A stretch of DNA of 47,106 nt, taken from positions 1-47,106 of the forward strand of contig CBFIJD010000024.1 of the NCBI GenBank assembly GCA_965662845.1. Direction: 5' to 3'. Numbering within the stretch: position 1 is the stretch's first letter; the number at the start of each line of letters is the position of its first letter. A program made the position numbers and the translations under genes. This document shows, piece by piece, positions 18,605 to 27,289 of the stretch. The notes beneath the pieces are model-generated. The model searched no databases and was not told where the DNA came from. It was given only the letters and a program-made list of their open reading frames with translations. This DNA is from an uncultured bacterium. Its GTDB lineage: Bacteria; SAR324; NAC60-12.

Positions 18605-20108
18605 CTCCCCACTCTTCACGCAACGTCGGGCGGGGCTGCTGCTGCACCCTACGGCGTTGCCTGCTCCCCATGGCATCGGCGACTTGGGACCGGCTGCGTT
18701 CCACTTCGTGGACTTGCTCCACGACCTCAACCTGAGCTTGTGGCAGGTGCTGCCGCTCGGTCCCGTCTCTTTTGGCTACTCGCCGTACCAAGCGCCATCT
18801 TCCTTTGCGGGAAATCCGCTGCTGATCTCGCTGGAATGTCTGCAAGCCGCCGGATACTGGCAAGCGCCGGACACGCTGCCAGACTTCTCAGAGGAGAGCG
18901 TCGATTTTCCGGCTGTTTGGGCATGGAAAAACGCACAGCTGCGCCACGCGTTCCAGCGCTTTGAGGACGTCGCGCAGGACGCGCCACGCGGCGCGTTCCA
19001 AGAGTTTTGCGCAGCAGAGGCGTGGTGGTTAGACGACTTTGCGCTGTTCATGGCGCTGAAGGCTCAGTTTGGCGACAGCAGCTGGAGCGCGTGGCCGGCG
19101 CCGTTCGCGCAGCGACAGGACGACGCGTTGCAGCAATTTCGAGCAGAACACGCTCACGCGGTGCGCGAAGTTCAGTGGCAGCAGTGGGTGTTTTGGGAGC
19201 AGTGGCAGGCGTTGCGTGCATACGCCGCAACGAAGCGCGTGGAGTTCTTTGGCGATGTGCCGATTTTTGTGGCGCAAGACAGCGCCGAAGTGTGGGCGCA
19301 TCGGCGCTGGTTCTTGCTGGATGATGCTGGGCAGCCGACGCATGTCGCTGGGGTTCCACCAGACTACTTCAGTGAGACCGGGCAACGCTGGGGCAACCCG
19401 CTTTACGACTGGGACACCCTCGCCGAAGAAGACTTCTCCTTTTGGCAGCAGCGCTTGCGTCACACGTTACGGCTGGTGCAGTGGGTGCGGATAGATCACT
19501 TCCGAGGCTTTGAGTCCTTCTGGAAAATCCCAGCGTCGGCAGAGACGGCAATGACCGGAGAGTGGGTCAAAGGCCCGGACGTGCCATTGTTTGAGCGCCT
19601 GCGAGCGCAGCTGGGCGAGCTGCCAATCATCGCTGAAGACCTTGGACTGATCACCCAAGCCGTCCACGACCTGCGCGACGCCTGCGGGTTCCCTGGGATG
19701 CGTGTGTTGCAGTTTGCTTTCTACAACGACCCGTGGCATCCGTTTTTGCCACACAGTCAGCCGCACCGCTCGGTCGTTTACACCGGAACGCATGACAACA
19801 ACACCACGCGCGGCTGGTGGGATGAGCTATCGACGGAACAACAACAGCAAGTTCAGGAATATCTGGATCGTGAGGTTCGCGAAGACTCTGTCGCGCACGA
19901 GCTGCTCCGCTTGGCGTGGAGCTCTCCGGCAGTGTGGGCGCTTGCTCCGCTGCAAGACGCGCTGAATCTGGGCGTAGAGGCTCGCTTCAACACTCCTGGA
20001 ACCATCGAACACAACTGGCGCTGGCGCTGTACGTCGGCTCAGCTGGAGCAGCTTCCACGCGAGAGACTGCGCCACTGGACAACCACCTATGGGCGCGCCT
20101 TGACCTGA
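18597..20108 (+). CDS. malQ: 4-alpha-glucanotransferase (amylomaltase, GH77)
   Basis: GLLLHPTALP, WQVLPLGP, SPY, GDVPIFV, AGVPPDYFSETGQRWGNPLY, RIDHFRGF, IIAEDLG, YTGTHDN. Confidence 0.95.
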   Translation: MTDSPLFTQRRAGLLLHPTALPAPHGIGDLGPAAFHFVDLLHDLNLSLWQVLPLGPVSFGYSPYQAPSSFAGNPLLISLECLQAAGYWQAPDTLPDFSEESVDFPAVWAWKNAQLRHAFQRFEDVAQDAPRGAFQEFCAAEAWWLDDFALFMALKAQFGDSSWSAWPAPFAQRQDDALQQFRAEHAHAVREVQWQQWVFWEQWQALRAYAATKRVEFFGDVPIFVAQDSAEVWAHRRWFLLDDAGQPTHVAGVPPDYFSETGQRWGNPLYDWDTLAEEDFSFWQQRLRHTLRLVQWVRIDHFRGFESFWKIPASAETAMTGEWVKGPDVPLFERLRAQLGELPIIAEDLGLITQAVHDLRDACGFPGMRVLQFAFYNDPWHPFLPHSQPHRSVVYTGTHDNNTTRGWWDELSTEQQQQVQEYLDREVREDSVAHELLRLAWSSPAVWALAPLQDALNLGVEARFNTPGTIEHNWRWRCTSAQLEQLPRERLRHWTTTYGRALT

Positions 20109-20130
20109 CATTTCACCCCTACACCCTAAT

Positions 20131-21348
20131 ATGTCCGTTTCACCCCGACGGCTCTCCTCTCCACGCTGGCGCATTCGCCCCAAAGTTTATGTTTGGCTCG
20201 CGAGACACACCCTGTGCGTGGCCGACAGTCAGCAGATTCTGCGCGAATATCGGCAGCCTTCTCCCCTACAGCCCACAGACATTGTCCAGCTGGCTCAGGA
20301 CTTTCCTCGACACGAACTCTGGCTGCTTTTGGAGTCTCCGTGGGTTTGGCTAGAGGTCTTACCCACGCTGGAGGTCTCTCCTGCGGAGTGGCCGCACTTT
20401 GTGCGTCATCGGTTGCGCCTGCCGGCAAACTTCCCGATCTCAGGCAATGTAGGCGCCTGGAGACTGAGTGAGTCTCCGCACCGGACGCTGTTTGTCGTTT
20501 TGCATCCTCGCGCGCAGGAGCTGCTGCATCAGTTGCGACAGACTCATCTCGTCCAAGTGTTGCCGTCTGTGCTGGCTTTTGCGCGGTCGTTAGACAGCGA
20601 CGGCCACTGGGGATTCTGTGGGCTGGAAGAGTGGGCTTATGTGCACCGCCAAGCGGGGAAACTTCAGACCAGCTGGCAGCTTCCGGCCATTGGCGCCGCG
20701 CCGGAGCAGCTGTTGCGTGATCTCCTCCCCAGTCACCCATGGCGCGAGGTTCGGTTGTGTGATGCCGAGGGCAACATGCAACGCGACGAACTACTCGCAA
20801 TCCAACAGGGGATTGCTCCCCCTGCCATGAGCGCGACGGGTGGTTTTTATTGGGTCGTGGAGCGCCCACCGCTGTCGCGGCTGCAACGGAGAGCGGGAGT
20901 GATCGGGAGTGTCGCGGTCCTCGCTGCGCTCTGCGGCTGGGCGTGGCAAGCCGAGCAACACAAAGCGCAGCTGCGGCAAGAGGTGCAGCAGTTGGAGTTG
21001 GAAGCCTCTAGGCGGGCAGCGCAAGTACAACCGACGATGGACCCGCACGCCAAACAACGCGCGGTGTGGCAAACAGCGGTAGACGCCGAGCCTCGGGTGC
21101 AGGCGCAGTGGGTGGAGCAAGTTCCGTTAGCCTTGGGGCCGGCGTGGGCGGAAAAAATACGCTTCACGCCCGAGGGCGCAGAGTTGCAGCTCTTTGTGTT
21201 GGAGCCCCAACACGTTCCGCTAGTCTTGCAAGGCCTCGAAGAGCTGCACTTTGTAGAGCGGGCTGAACTCCGACTGCAGCGCGTGCGGGCCTTACGTGAA
21301 ACACCGGTGCAGCAGCTGCACATCGAGCTGCGTTGGGCGGCGCCTTGA
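20131..21348 (+). CDS. Hypothetical protein with PilM/PilN- or GspL-like layout
   Basis: Cytoplasmic-like N-terminal region, single TM (GVIGSVAVLAALCGWAW), coiled coil, short ferredoxin-like C-terminus; no diagnostic motif. Confidence 0.5.
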   Translation: MSVSPRRLSSPRWRIRPKVYVWLARHTLCVADSQQILREYRQPSPLQPTDIVQLAQDFPRHELWLLLESPWVWLEVLPTLEVSPAEWPHFVRHRLRLPANFPISGNVGAWRLSESPHRTLFVVLHPRAQELLHQLRQTHLVQVLPSVLAFARSLDSDGHWGFCGLEEWAYVHRQAGKLQTSWQLPAIGAAPEQLLRDLLPSHPWREVRLCDAEGNMQRDELLAIQQGIAPPAMSATGGFYWVVERPPLSRLQRRAGVIGSVAVLAALCGWAWQAEQHKAQLRQEVQQLELEASRRAAQVQPTMDPHAKQRAVWQTAVDAEPRVQAQWVEQVPLALGPAWAEKIRFTPEGAELQLFVLEPQHVPLVLQGLEELHFVERAELRLQRVRALRETPVQQLHIELRWAAP

Positions 21349-21630
21349 CTACACAGGGGGCGTTAAAAAGTCGAACACCAAAAAGTTACAAAGAGAAGGC
21401 TGAGCGGTTCTCAAGTGCCACACAACTTGCAGGGCTCGCGAGGTCACAAAACGATACAAGACAGGGCGACTTCCTCGTCGAGGGTGGATTCGCCGTTGAC
21501 GTTTCTGACTATAACTGGAAAGCTCTATTTAACAATTTAAGCAACAATCTATCAATTTAATAGCAGTGTGTATTCGGGAGGTGCGGCATTGCTTCATGGA
21601 TGAAACAATCTCTTCTATTGCGGGTGAACT

Positions 21631-21855
21631 ATGCCTCAAGATGATTTTCTGCACCGCGTCAAGCAGTCCTTGGAGTTGGCTGACGCCAAATCCGTACATA
21701 TCCGTAGTTTGTTCATGGATGAATGGACGAAGGAGCGTATCGTCGCTTGCTTAGCCCAAAGCGGCCACACGTTCCCGCTCAGCGAAGTCGCCGTCTTGCG
21801 CGCTGCGTTGAACAATCAGGTCGTCGCGTTAGACGTGTCTCAGGCGAGCGCGTAA
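21631..21855 (+). CDS. Small hypothetical protein
   Basis: 74-aa ORF with ATG start in an otherwise empty gap, preceded by an AT-rich promoter-like tract (~21510-21565). Confidence 0.5.
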   Translation: MPQDDFLHRVKQSLELADAKSVHIRSLFMDEWTKERIVACLAQSGHTFPLSEVAVLRAALNNQVVALDVSQASA

Positions 21856-21892
21856 GAGCGGGTCGGTTGGGTTGGAGAAGTCGGCCAGACGA

Positions 21893-21914
21893 GCAGGGCT
21901 CGGCAGAGCCCTGC
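21893..21914. terminator. Perfect 9-bp hairpin between convergent genes
   Basis: GCAGGGCTC-GGCA-GAGCCCTGC; no U-tract, so intrinsic termination is uncertain. Confidence 0.4.
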
Positions 21915-21926
21915 GACAGAGGGGGC

Positions 21927-22736
21927 CTATTTTTTCAGCTGATTGAACATCCCAATGCTGACCTTGGGTTCGGCGGGTTCGGCGTCCGCTTGGGGAGTGG
22001 GCTGTGCGGTGGGTATTTTGGGGGCCGGAGTTGCCTCAGGTAATTTGGGTTGGGCGTCCGGAAGCGCAGCGCGTTGCTTCAAGGCGAGCAATTCATCATC
22101 CACGTCGGGCGCGTCGCTCTCTAGCTCTTTGAACTGGCGGTCTAAGCTCTCACGGCTGTCATCATACGACAGCTCTTGGTAGGCCTCGGCTCTTGCTGAC
22201 ATCTGCTCAATCTTCTCCTCGGCTCGGTCAATCGCTTCCATGGCGCTGACATTATCTCCTAAGCCTTCAATGGTTTGGTAGATCTGTTCTTGCGCTTCAG
22301 CCTGCTTTTGCTTGGCGACCAGCAGGCCCTTCTTGCGCTTGATCTCCTCAATTTTGTCTTCCAGCTTTTGGTAGCCTTCTTTCAGCAGGCTGGAGTTGCG
22401 CGCGTGCGACTCTAACTGTTGCCCAAACTCAGCGGCGCGCTTCGCGTGCTCTTTCTTACGAACCAGCGCTTCTTTTGCCAGATCGTCTTTGCCTTTTTGC
22501 ACCGCGATCACAGCCTTCTCTTCCCATTTCTGAGCTTCGGTCTGTTCTTGTTCGGTTTGCCGCTCAAGGCGTTTTTGTAGTGCGAGGGCTTCGGTCATGC
22601 GTTGTTTGGCCTCTCGCTTTTGCTCCTCCAGATCGGAGATCATCTGATTGAGCATCTTTTCTGGGTCTTCTGCCTTATCGAGAGCTGCGTTGGCGTTGGC
22701 GCGAACTACGTTCACAAAACGGTTGAAAATACCCAT
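21927..22736 (-). CDS. pspA: PspA/IM30 family protein with C-terminal Pro-rich extension
   Basis: MGIFNRFVNVVRAN...LDKAEDPEKMLNQMISDL, long coiled coil, VDDELLALK; AGGA upstream of ATG 22736 (alternative 22742). Confidence 0.9.
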   Translation of the reverse strand: MGIFNRFVNVVRANANAALDKAEDPEKMLNQMISDLEEQKREAKQRMTEALALQKRLERQTEQEQTEAQKWEEKAVIAVQKGKDDLAKEALVRKKEHAKRAAEFGQQLESHARNSSLLKEGYQKLEDKIEEIKRKKGLLVAKQKQAEAQEQIYQTIEGLGDNVSAMEAIDRAEEKIEQMSARAEAYQELSYDDSRESLDRQFKELESDAPDVDDELLALKQRAALPDAQPKLPEATPAPKIPTAQPTPQADAEPAEPKVSIGMFNQLKK

Positions 22737-22746
22737 GGCCATCCTT

Positions 22747-24450
22747 TTAGAACAATTGTTTGCGTTTGTTAGAAGGCAATATGTTGAGGGCCTCCCGGTA
22801 TTTAGCGACGGTGCGACGGGCGACTTTGATTCCGCTGCGCTTTTGGAGGATGTCGGCGATTTGCAGGTCGGTGTATGGGGAGCGTACGTTCTCGTTTTGC
22901 ACCATCTGCTGAATCATATCCTTGATTCGCTTGGAAGAGACAGCTTCGCCCTGCTCCTGATCAATGCCGCTCGTGAAGAAATACTTAAGCTCGAAGATCC
23001 CTTGCGGGGTGTGGACGTATTTGTTTGTCGTGATTCGGCTGACGGTCGACTCATGAACGTCGATGTCTTCCGCGACATCCTTTAGCACCAGCGGTTTCAG
23101 GTAATGGATTCCTTTGTCAAAGAAGCTCCGCTGAAACCGCAAAATGCTCTTGGTCACCTTGTAAATCGTCTTCTGGCGCTGCTCGATACTCTTCATCAGC
23201 CACTGACCAGATTTGATTTTCTCTTGAATGTATTCCTTGGTCAAGTTGCCGTCTTCTTCCATGTTGTCAGACAGCTCTCGGTAATAGCTGCTGATGCGCA
23301 AACGAGGGAGACCTTGGGCGTTCAGCGCGACTTTGTACTCGTTGTTGACTTGGTAGATGAAGACGTCGGGGACGATGTAGTGATGAGAGGGCGGGGGGGT
23401 GAAGGAGCGGCCGGGCTTGGGCTCCAGGTTCATGATGTCGCGGTAGGCATCCAGAACCTTCTCTAGTTCCTGCTTTTGTCGGCGTGCGATGCGTTTGAGG
23501 TCTTTGGACTCTAGCAAGTCCATGTCTTGTTCGATAATCCGATAGGAGAGTTCGTGGGCTTTGCCAAGAATCCGCAGTTGCACCAGCAAACACTCTTGTA
23601 AGCTCCGCGCGCCCACTCCGTTGGGGTCGAACTCTTGAATGCGGTTGAGGACGCTCTCTACGAAAGCGGAGACTTCGGCGGAGACTTCGATCGCGTCGCT
23701 GGGTTCGGCTTCGACGAGGTCTTCTTCAAAGACGGGTGGGGGCAGGTTCTTTTTGTTGCGCTTGGATTTGCGCTTGCTGTCTGCGGGCAAGACTTTCTCT
23801 TGCTGGTAATAGAGTTCCATCCAATAGCTGTCGAGAGCATGCTCCACGCGGATCTCTTGTCGATGCAGCGCGTCGAGAATGCGCTCATGCAGATCGGGAT
23901 TGCGCTCCAGAATCTCACGAATGCTGGTGACGAGATAGCCACTCTCGGCGATGTTCCCAATGAGTTGCAGCGCGATGTCATGCTCTAGCTCGGTGATCTG
24001 GAGCATGCCCAGTTGCCAAGCGAGGTGGTCTTGCAGGCTCTCGTCTTGAGCGAGCGTGGCTTCGAGCGAGGGGAGCTCGTCGTCGTCTCCATTGCTCCGG
24101 ACGCGGCGATCGGCGTAAGAGGAATATTGGTCAACCTGTTCCACATAGTTCTGCCAGTCCATCTCGTCTTCAGCAATTTTCTCTTCTTTCTCTTCCTCAC
24201 GGGCAGTCTCGTAAGTGTCTTCGCTGACGGGGACTTCGGTCTGTTCGGTGGAGAGGTCTTTCTCTGTTTCGTTGGGGAAGGTGTCGATGTCCATGCCTTC
24301 TTCGAGAACGGGATTCTCGATCAACGATTGCTCGATCAATTCTTCCAGCTCAGCGCGGGAGAGTTGCAAGAGTTTGATGGCTTGCTGCAGTTGCGGAGTC
24401 ATGATGAGCTGCTGCGTCATCTTCATCTGCAGCTTCATTTGCATGGCCAT
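22747..24450 (-). CDS. rpoN: RNA polymerase sigma-54 factor
   Basis: MTPQLQQAIKLLQL, NPVLE, GVGARSLQECL, LKDVAEDIDVHESTVSR, RpoN box VARRTVAKYRE. Confidence 0.97.
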   Translation of the reverse strand: MAMQMKLQMKMTQQLIMTPQLQQAIKLLQLSRAELEELIEQSLIENPVLEEGMDIDTFPNETEKDLSTEQTEVPVSEDTYETAREEEKEEKIAEDEMDWQNYVEQVDQYSSYADRRVRSNGDDDELPSLEATLAQDESLQDHLAWQLGMLQITELEHDIALQLIGNIAESGYLVTSIREILERNPDLHERILDALHRQEIRVEHALDSYWMELYYQQEKVLPADSKRKSKRNKKNLPPPVFEEDLVEAEPSDAIEVSAEVSAFVESVLNRIQEFDPNGVGARSLQECLLVQLRILGKAHELSYRIIEQDMDLLESKDLKRIARRQKQELEKVLDAYRDIMNLEPKPGRSFTPPPSHHYIVPDVFIYQVNNEYKVALNAQGLPRLRISSYYRELSDNMEEDGNLTKEYIQEKIKSGQWLMKSIEQRQKTIYKVTKSILRFQRSFFDKGIHYLKPLVLKDVAEDIDVHESTVSRITTNKYVHTPQGIFELKYFFTSGIDQEQGEAVSSKRIKDMIQQMVQNENVRSPYTDLQIADILQKRSGIKVARRTVAKYREALNILPSNKRKQLF

Positions 24451-24525
24451 AAGAGAGTCTCGTCTGAAAGTTAGGCGAACGTCGTGTTCGCTAGTCTGAA
24501 GGGCATCCTACTAAAAGTTGACGAG

Positions 24526-24554
24526 ACTATATCGAATTGGCATTCAAATTGCTA
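24526..24554. promoter_or_regulatory. Putative sigma70-type rpoN promoter (minus strand) overlapped by a reverse-oriented sigma54 -24/-12 site
   Basis: Minus strand TAGCAA-N17-TATAGT; plus strand TGGCATTCAAATTGCT (GG-N10-GC) at 24538-24553. Confidence 0.6.
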
Positions 24555-24583
24555 GAGATAAACAAAAAAATTACAATTCTCCG

Positions 24584-25312
24584 CTAAAAAGTAAACGACT
24601 CACCCAGATAGACCCTCCGCGCCTGCCGATCTTCGGCCAGCTCTTGGGGGGAGCCGCTCACCAACAAATTCCCTTCGTTCATAATGTAACCACGGTCAAT
24701 GATCCCGAAGGTCTCACGCACGTTGTGATCCGTGATCAACACACCGATGTTCCGCCGCGCCAACTGTCGAATAGTCTCTTGAATGTCTGCGACCGCGATG
24801 GGGTCGACCCCAGCAAAGGGCTCATCTAGCAGGATAATCGCAGGCTCCAACACCAAGGCGCGCGCAATCTCGGCGCGGCGGCTCTCTCCTCCAGAGAGCG
24901 CATAGCCTTTCAAGTGCCGGACATGCGCGATTCCAAGCTCTTCGAGCAGCATTTCGAGCCGCTCCCTCTGCGCTGCCTTCGAGAGAGGCAGCAGCTCTAA
25001 GATCGCCAGCAAATTTTCTTCAACGCTCAGCTTGCGAAAAATCGAGCGCTCTTGAGAGAGATAGCCGATGCCTGAGCGCGCCCGCATGTGCATGGGAGAC
25101 TTGGTGATCTCATGCTCGTCTAAGAGAATCGTACCGTAGTCAGGGCGCACCACTCCGGCGATCATGTAGAAGGTCGTGGTTTTTCCTGCGCCGTTGGGGC
25201 CAAGCAAGCCCACAATCTGGCCTTGTTCGACCTCTAGGGAGACGCCTTTGACCGCTTTGCGCCCTTTGTAAATCTTAACCAGATTGTCCGCTGACAATTT
25301 CCGTCGTTTCAC
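24584..25312 (-). CDS. lptB: LPS export ABC transporter ATP-binding protein
   Basis: GPNGAGKTT, IGYLSQERSIFRKLSV, LSGGESRR, LLDEPFAGVDP, ITDHNVRE, YLGESF; directly upstream of rpoN as usual. Confidence 0.93.
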   Translation of the reverse strand: MKRRKLSADNLVKIYKGRKAVKGVSLEVEQGQIVGLLGPNGAGKTTTFYMIAGVVRPDYGTILLDEHEITKSPMHMRARSGIGYLSQERSIFRKLSVEENLLAILELLPLSKAAQRERLEMLLEELGIAHVRHLKGYALSGGESRRAEIARALVLEPAIILLDEPFAGVDPIAVADIQETIRQLARRNIGVLITDHNVRETFGIIDRGYIMNEGNLLVSGSPQELAEDRQARRVYLGESFTF

Positions 25313-26216
25313 CCTGCTCCTTAGACGTTTTGCGTCGCAACTCGCGCCAACCGCGCGCTTCGAAGAGTCCCCCGGCCAACGAACTCAGCACGGTAATCAG
25401 ATAGAAAACCAAACTCACCAGCACCGCAATCTCCGCCTCCGCTCCCAGCCAGTGCGAGCCGGAAAAGAAGACAATCTCGCGCAACCCCAGCCCACCAAAA
25501 CTGATGGGCAACACCGCCGCGATCGACGAGGCCAGAAACAGCAAAAAGTACAGCTCGGTTTGCTCTGTGACCGCAAAGGCTCGCAAAATCCAATACACAC
25601 TCACAATCTGTAAGCCCTGCACCCCAACCGACGCCAGCGTCCCTCGCCCCAGCACCTCCCAAAAATCCGTGAAGAAGCGCCGCATGCCAAGGAGATAGCC
25701 CAACATGCCGGCCGACCAACCCAAGGCTCCCAGCGGCAACAACCACCCCGCGATGGAGTCCCCAGCGAGGAGCGTCCACACCACCATCCACGCCCCCAGC
25801 GCAACCAGCCCGTTCACGCGATCTTGTAAGAACGCCACAACATAGCGCTTCCACGGCTCTGGAAACCGCTTCCGCAGCACCACGATCTTGACGGCGTCCC
25901 CGCTGATTCCCCCAGGTAGCAACAAATTGTAGAACATCCCAACGTAGTACAAACGGACGTTCTCTCGCCATTTCAAGCGCACACGCAACGGCGCCAAAAA
26001 CCACAGCAAGCGCGCCGCGCTCAGCACCTGTGACGCGTTGAAGCTCAACAACGCCAGCCACAGAAACCCCAAGTGAGCGGTCTGCAACAGATGCCTCGTG
26101 ACCTCCCAGTTAATGTTACGGAACAGAGCGCCTAAGATGGTGCAGGAGACCAGCAATTTCCCCCACAACAGCACCTTAGGATTCTGGGCGAGAGCCTTCA
26201 GTGACGCGGCGGACAC
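25275..26216 (-). CDS. Lysylphosphatidylglycerol synthase TM-domain (YbhN/flippase-like) membrane protein
   Basis: GMFYNLLLPGGISGDAVK, QDRVNG, LPISFGGLGLRE motifs; multi-TM. Confidence 0.85.
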   Translation of the reverse strand: MSAASLKALAQNPKVLLWGKLLVSCTILGALFRNINWEVTRHLLQTAHLGFLWLALLSFNASQVLSAARLLWFLAPLRVRLKWRENVRLYYVGMFYNLLLPGGISGDAVKIVVLRKRFPEPWKRYVVAFLQDRVNGLVALGAWMVVWTLLAGDSIAGWLLPLGALGWSAGMLGYLLGMRRFFTDFWEVLGRGTLASVGVQGLQIVSVYWILRAFAVTEQTELYFLLFLASSIAAVLPISFGGLGLREIVFFSGSHWLGAEAEIAVLVSLVFYLITVLSSLAGGLFEARGWRELRRKTSKEQGETTEIVSGQSG

Positions 26217-27150
26217 GATAGGTCTTTTTGTTCTGAGATTCGTAATACGTGCGCATCTGTAGCTCGGTGAACACCCCCATCATCAGGAACTGAAGGCCAC
26301 CGACCAACAGAATGGTCCCCAACATCAAGAGGGGGCGCCCCCAGATGTCATCGCCAAAGAGTTTGCAGACCAGCAGATATAGATTGATGAGCAAACCGAG
26401 CCCTGTCGCGACAAAGCCGATGGTGCCAAAGAGGTGCATGGGTTTCGACAAAAACCGCTGCATGAAGATCATCAACAGCAAGTCGCTGAGCACTCGGAAA
26501 ATGCGACCTAAGCCATACTTTGACTCCCCGAAACGCCGCGCGTGATGCCGCACAGGCATCTCTGTGATCCGCGCTCCCTGCATCGCGGCCAGCACCGGAA
26601 TGAAGCGGTGCAGCTCACCATAAAGCCCCAAGCACAAGGCCACATCACGCCGGAACACCTTCAGCGTGCAACCGTAATCTTGGAGATGCACGCCCGTCAG
26701 CTGGCGGATGAGCCGGTTTGCCCAGCGACTGGGCAGCTTCCGCAGCCACTCACCGTCTTGTCGATTGGCTCGAATCCCTGCTACGACGTCCCACTCTTCG
26801 TCTTCTAGCTTGGCGATCATCGCCGGAAGGTCGGCAGGGTCATTCTGCAGATCGCCATCCATGGTCGCGATCAAGACGCCGTTGGCGTGCTCAATCCCGG
26901 CCTTCATCGCCTGCGTTTGTCCAAAGTTCCGGCTGAGTTCAACCAGGCGCACCTGCGCCGTCGCGACTTCTTTCACCCGAGCGACGGTGCCATCGTGGGA
27001 ACCATCATCAACGAGCACAATCTCATAGGTTCGGCCCCAAGGCTGAAGGGCGGCGTGGATGGTGTGGAGGAGTTCAGAGACGCTCTCGAATTCGTTGTAG
27101 AGCGGCACAACTACCGAAAGGTCGGGAGGAGGAGCAGCAGCGGTAGACAT
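26176..27150 (-). CDS. GT2 polyprenol-phosphate glycosyltransferase (ArnC/GtrB-like)
   Basis: SVVVPLYNE, VDDGSHD, RNFGQ, MDGDLQNDP, DYGC, HRFIP, two C-terminal TMs. Confidence 0.9.
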   Translation of the reverse strand: MSTAAAPPPDLSVVVPLYNEFESVSELLHTIHAALQPWGRTYEIVLVDDGSHDGTVARVKEVATAQVRLVELSRNFGQTQAMKAGIEHANGVLIATMDGDLQNDPADLPAMIAKLEDEEWDVVAGIRANRQDGEWLRKLPSRWANRLIRQLTGVHLQDYGCTLKVFRRDVALCLGLYGELHRFIPVLAAMQGARITEMPVRHHARRFGESKYGLGRIFRVLSDLLLMIFMQRFLSKPMHLFGTIGFVATGLGLLINLYLLVCKLFGDDIWGRPLLMLGTILLVGGLQFLMMGVFTELQMRTYYESQNKKTYRVRRVTEGSRPES

Positions 27151-27196
27151 CAGGGTTTTGTGGCAAAGGAGTCAAGCAGAGACGCGGACACAAGCC

Positions 27197-27227
27197 GCCC
27201 CTACTAGGGGCGAGCGGCGGTTCGCCC
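27197..27227. repeat. Degenerate intergenic REP relic
   Basis: GCCCCTAC followed by TAGGGGCGA-GCGGCGG-TTCGCCC. Confidence 0.5.
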
Positions 27228-27289
27228 AGGAGACGGAGATTCTCAACAACAGCCCCGTTCTGCACTGTCCATTCCACAAACTTAGCCTC

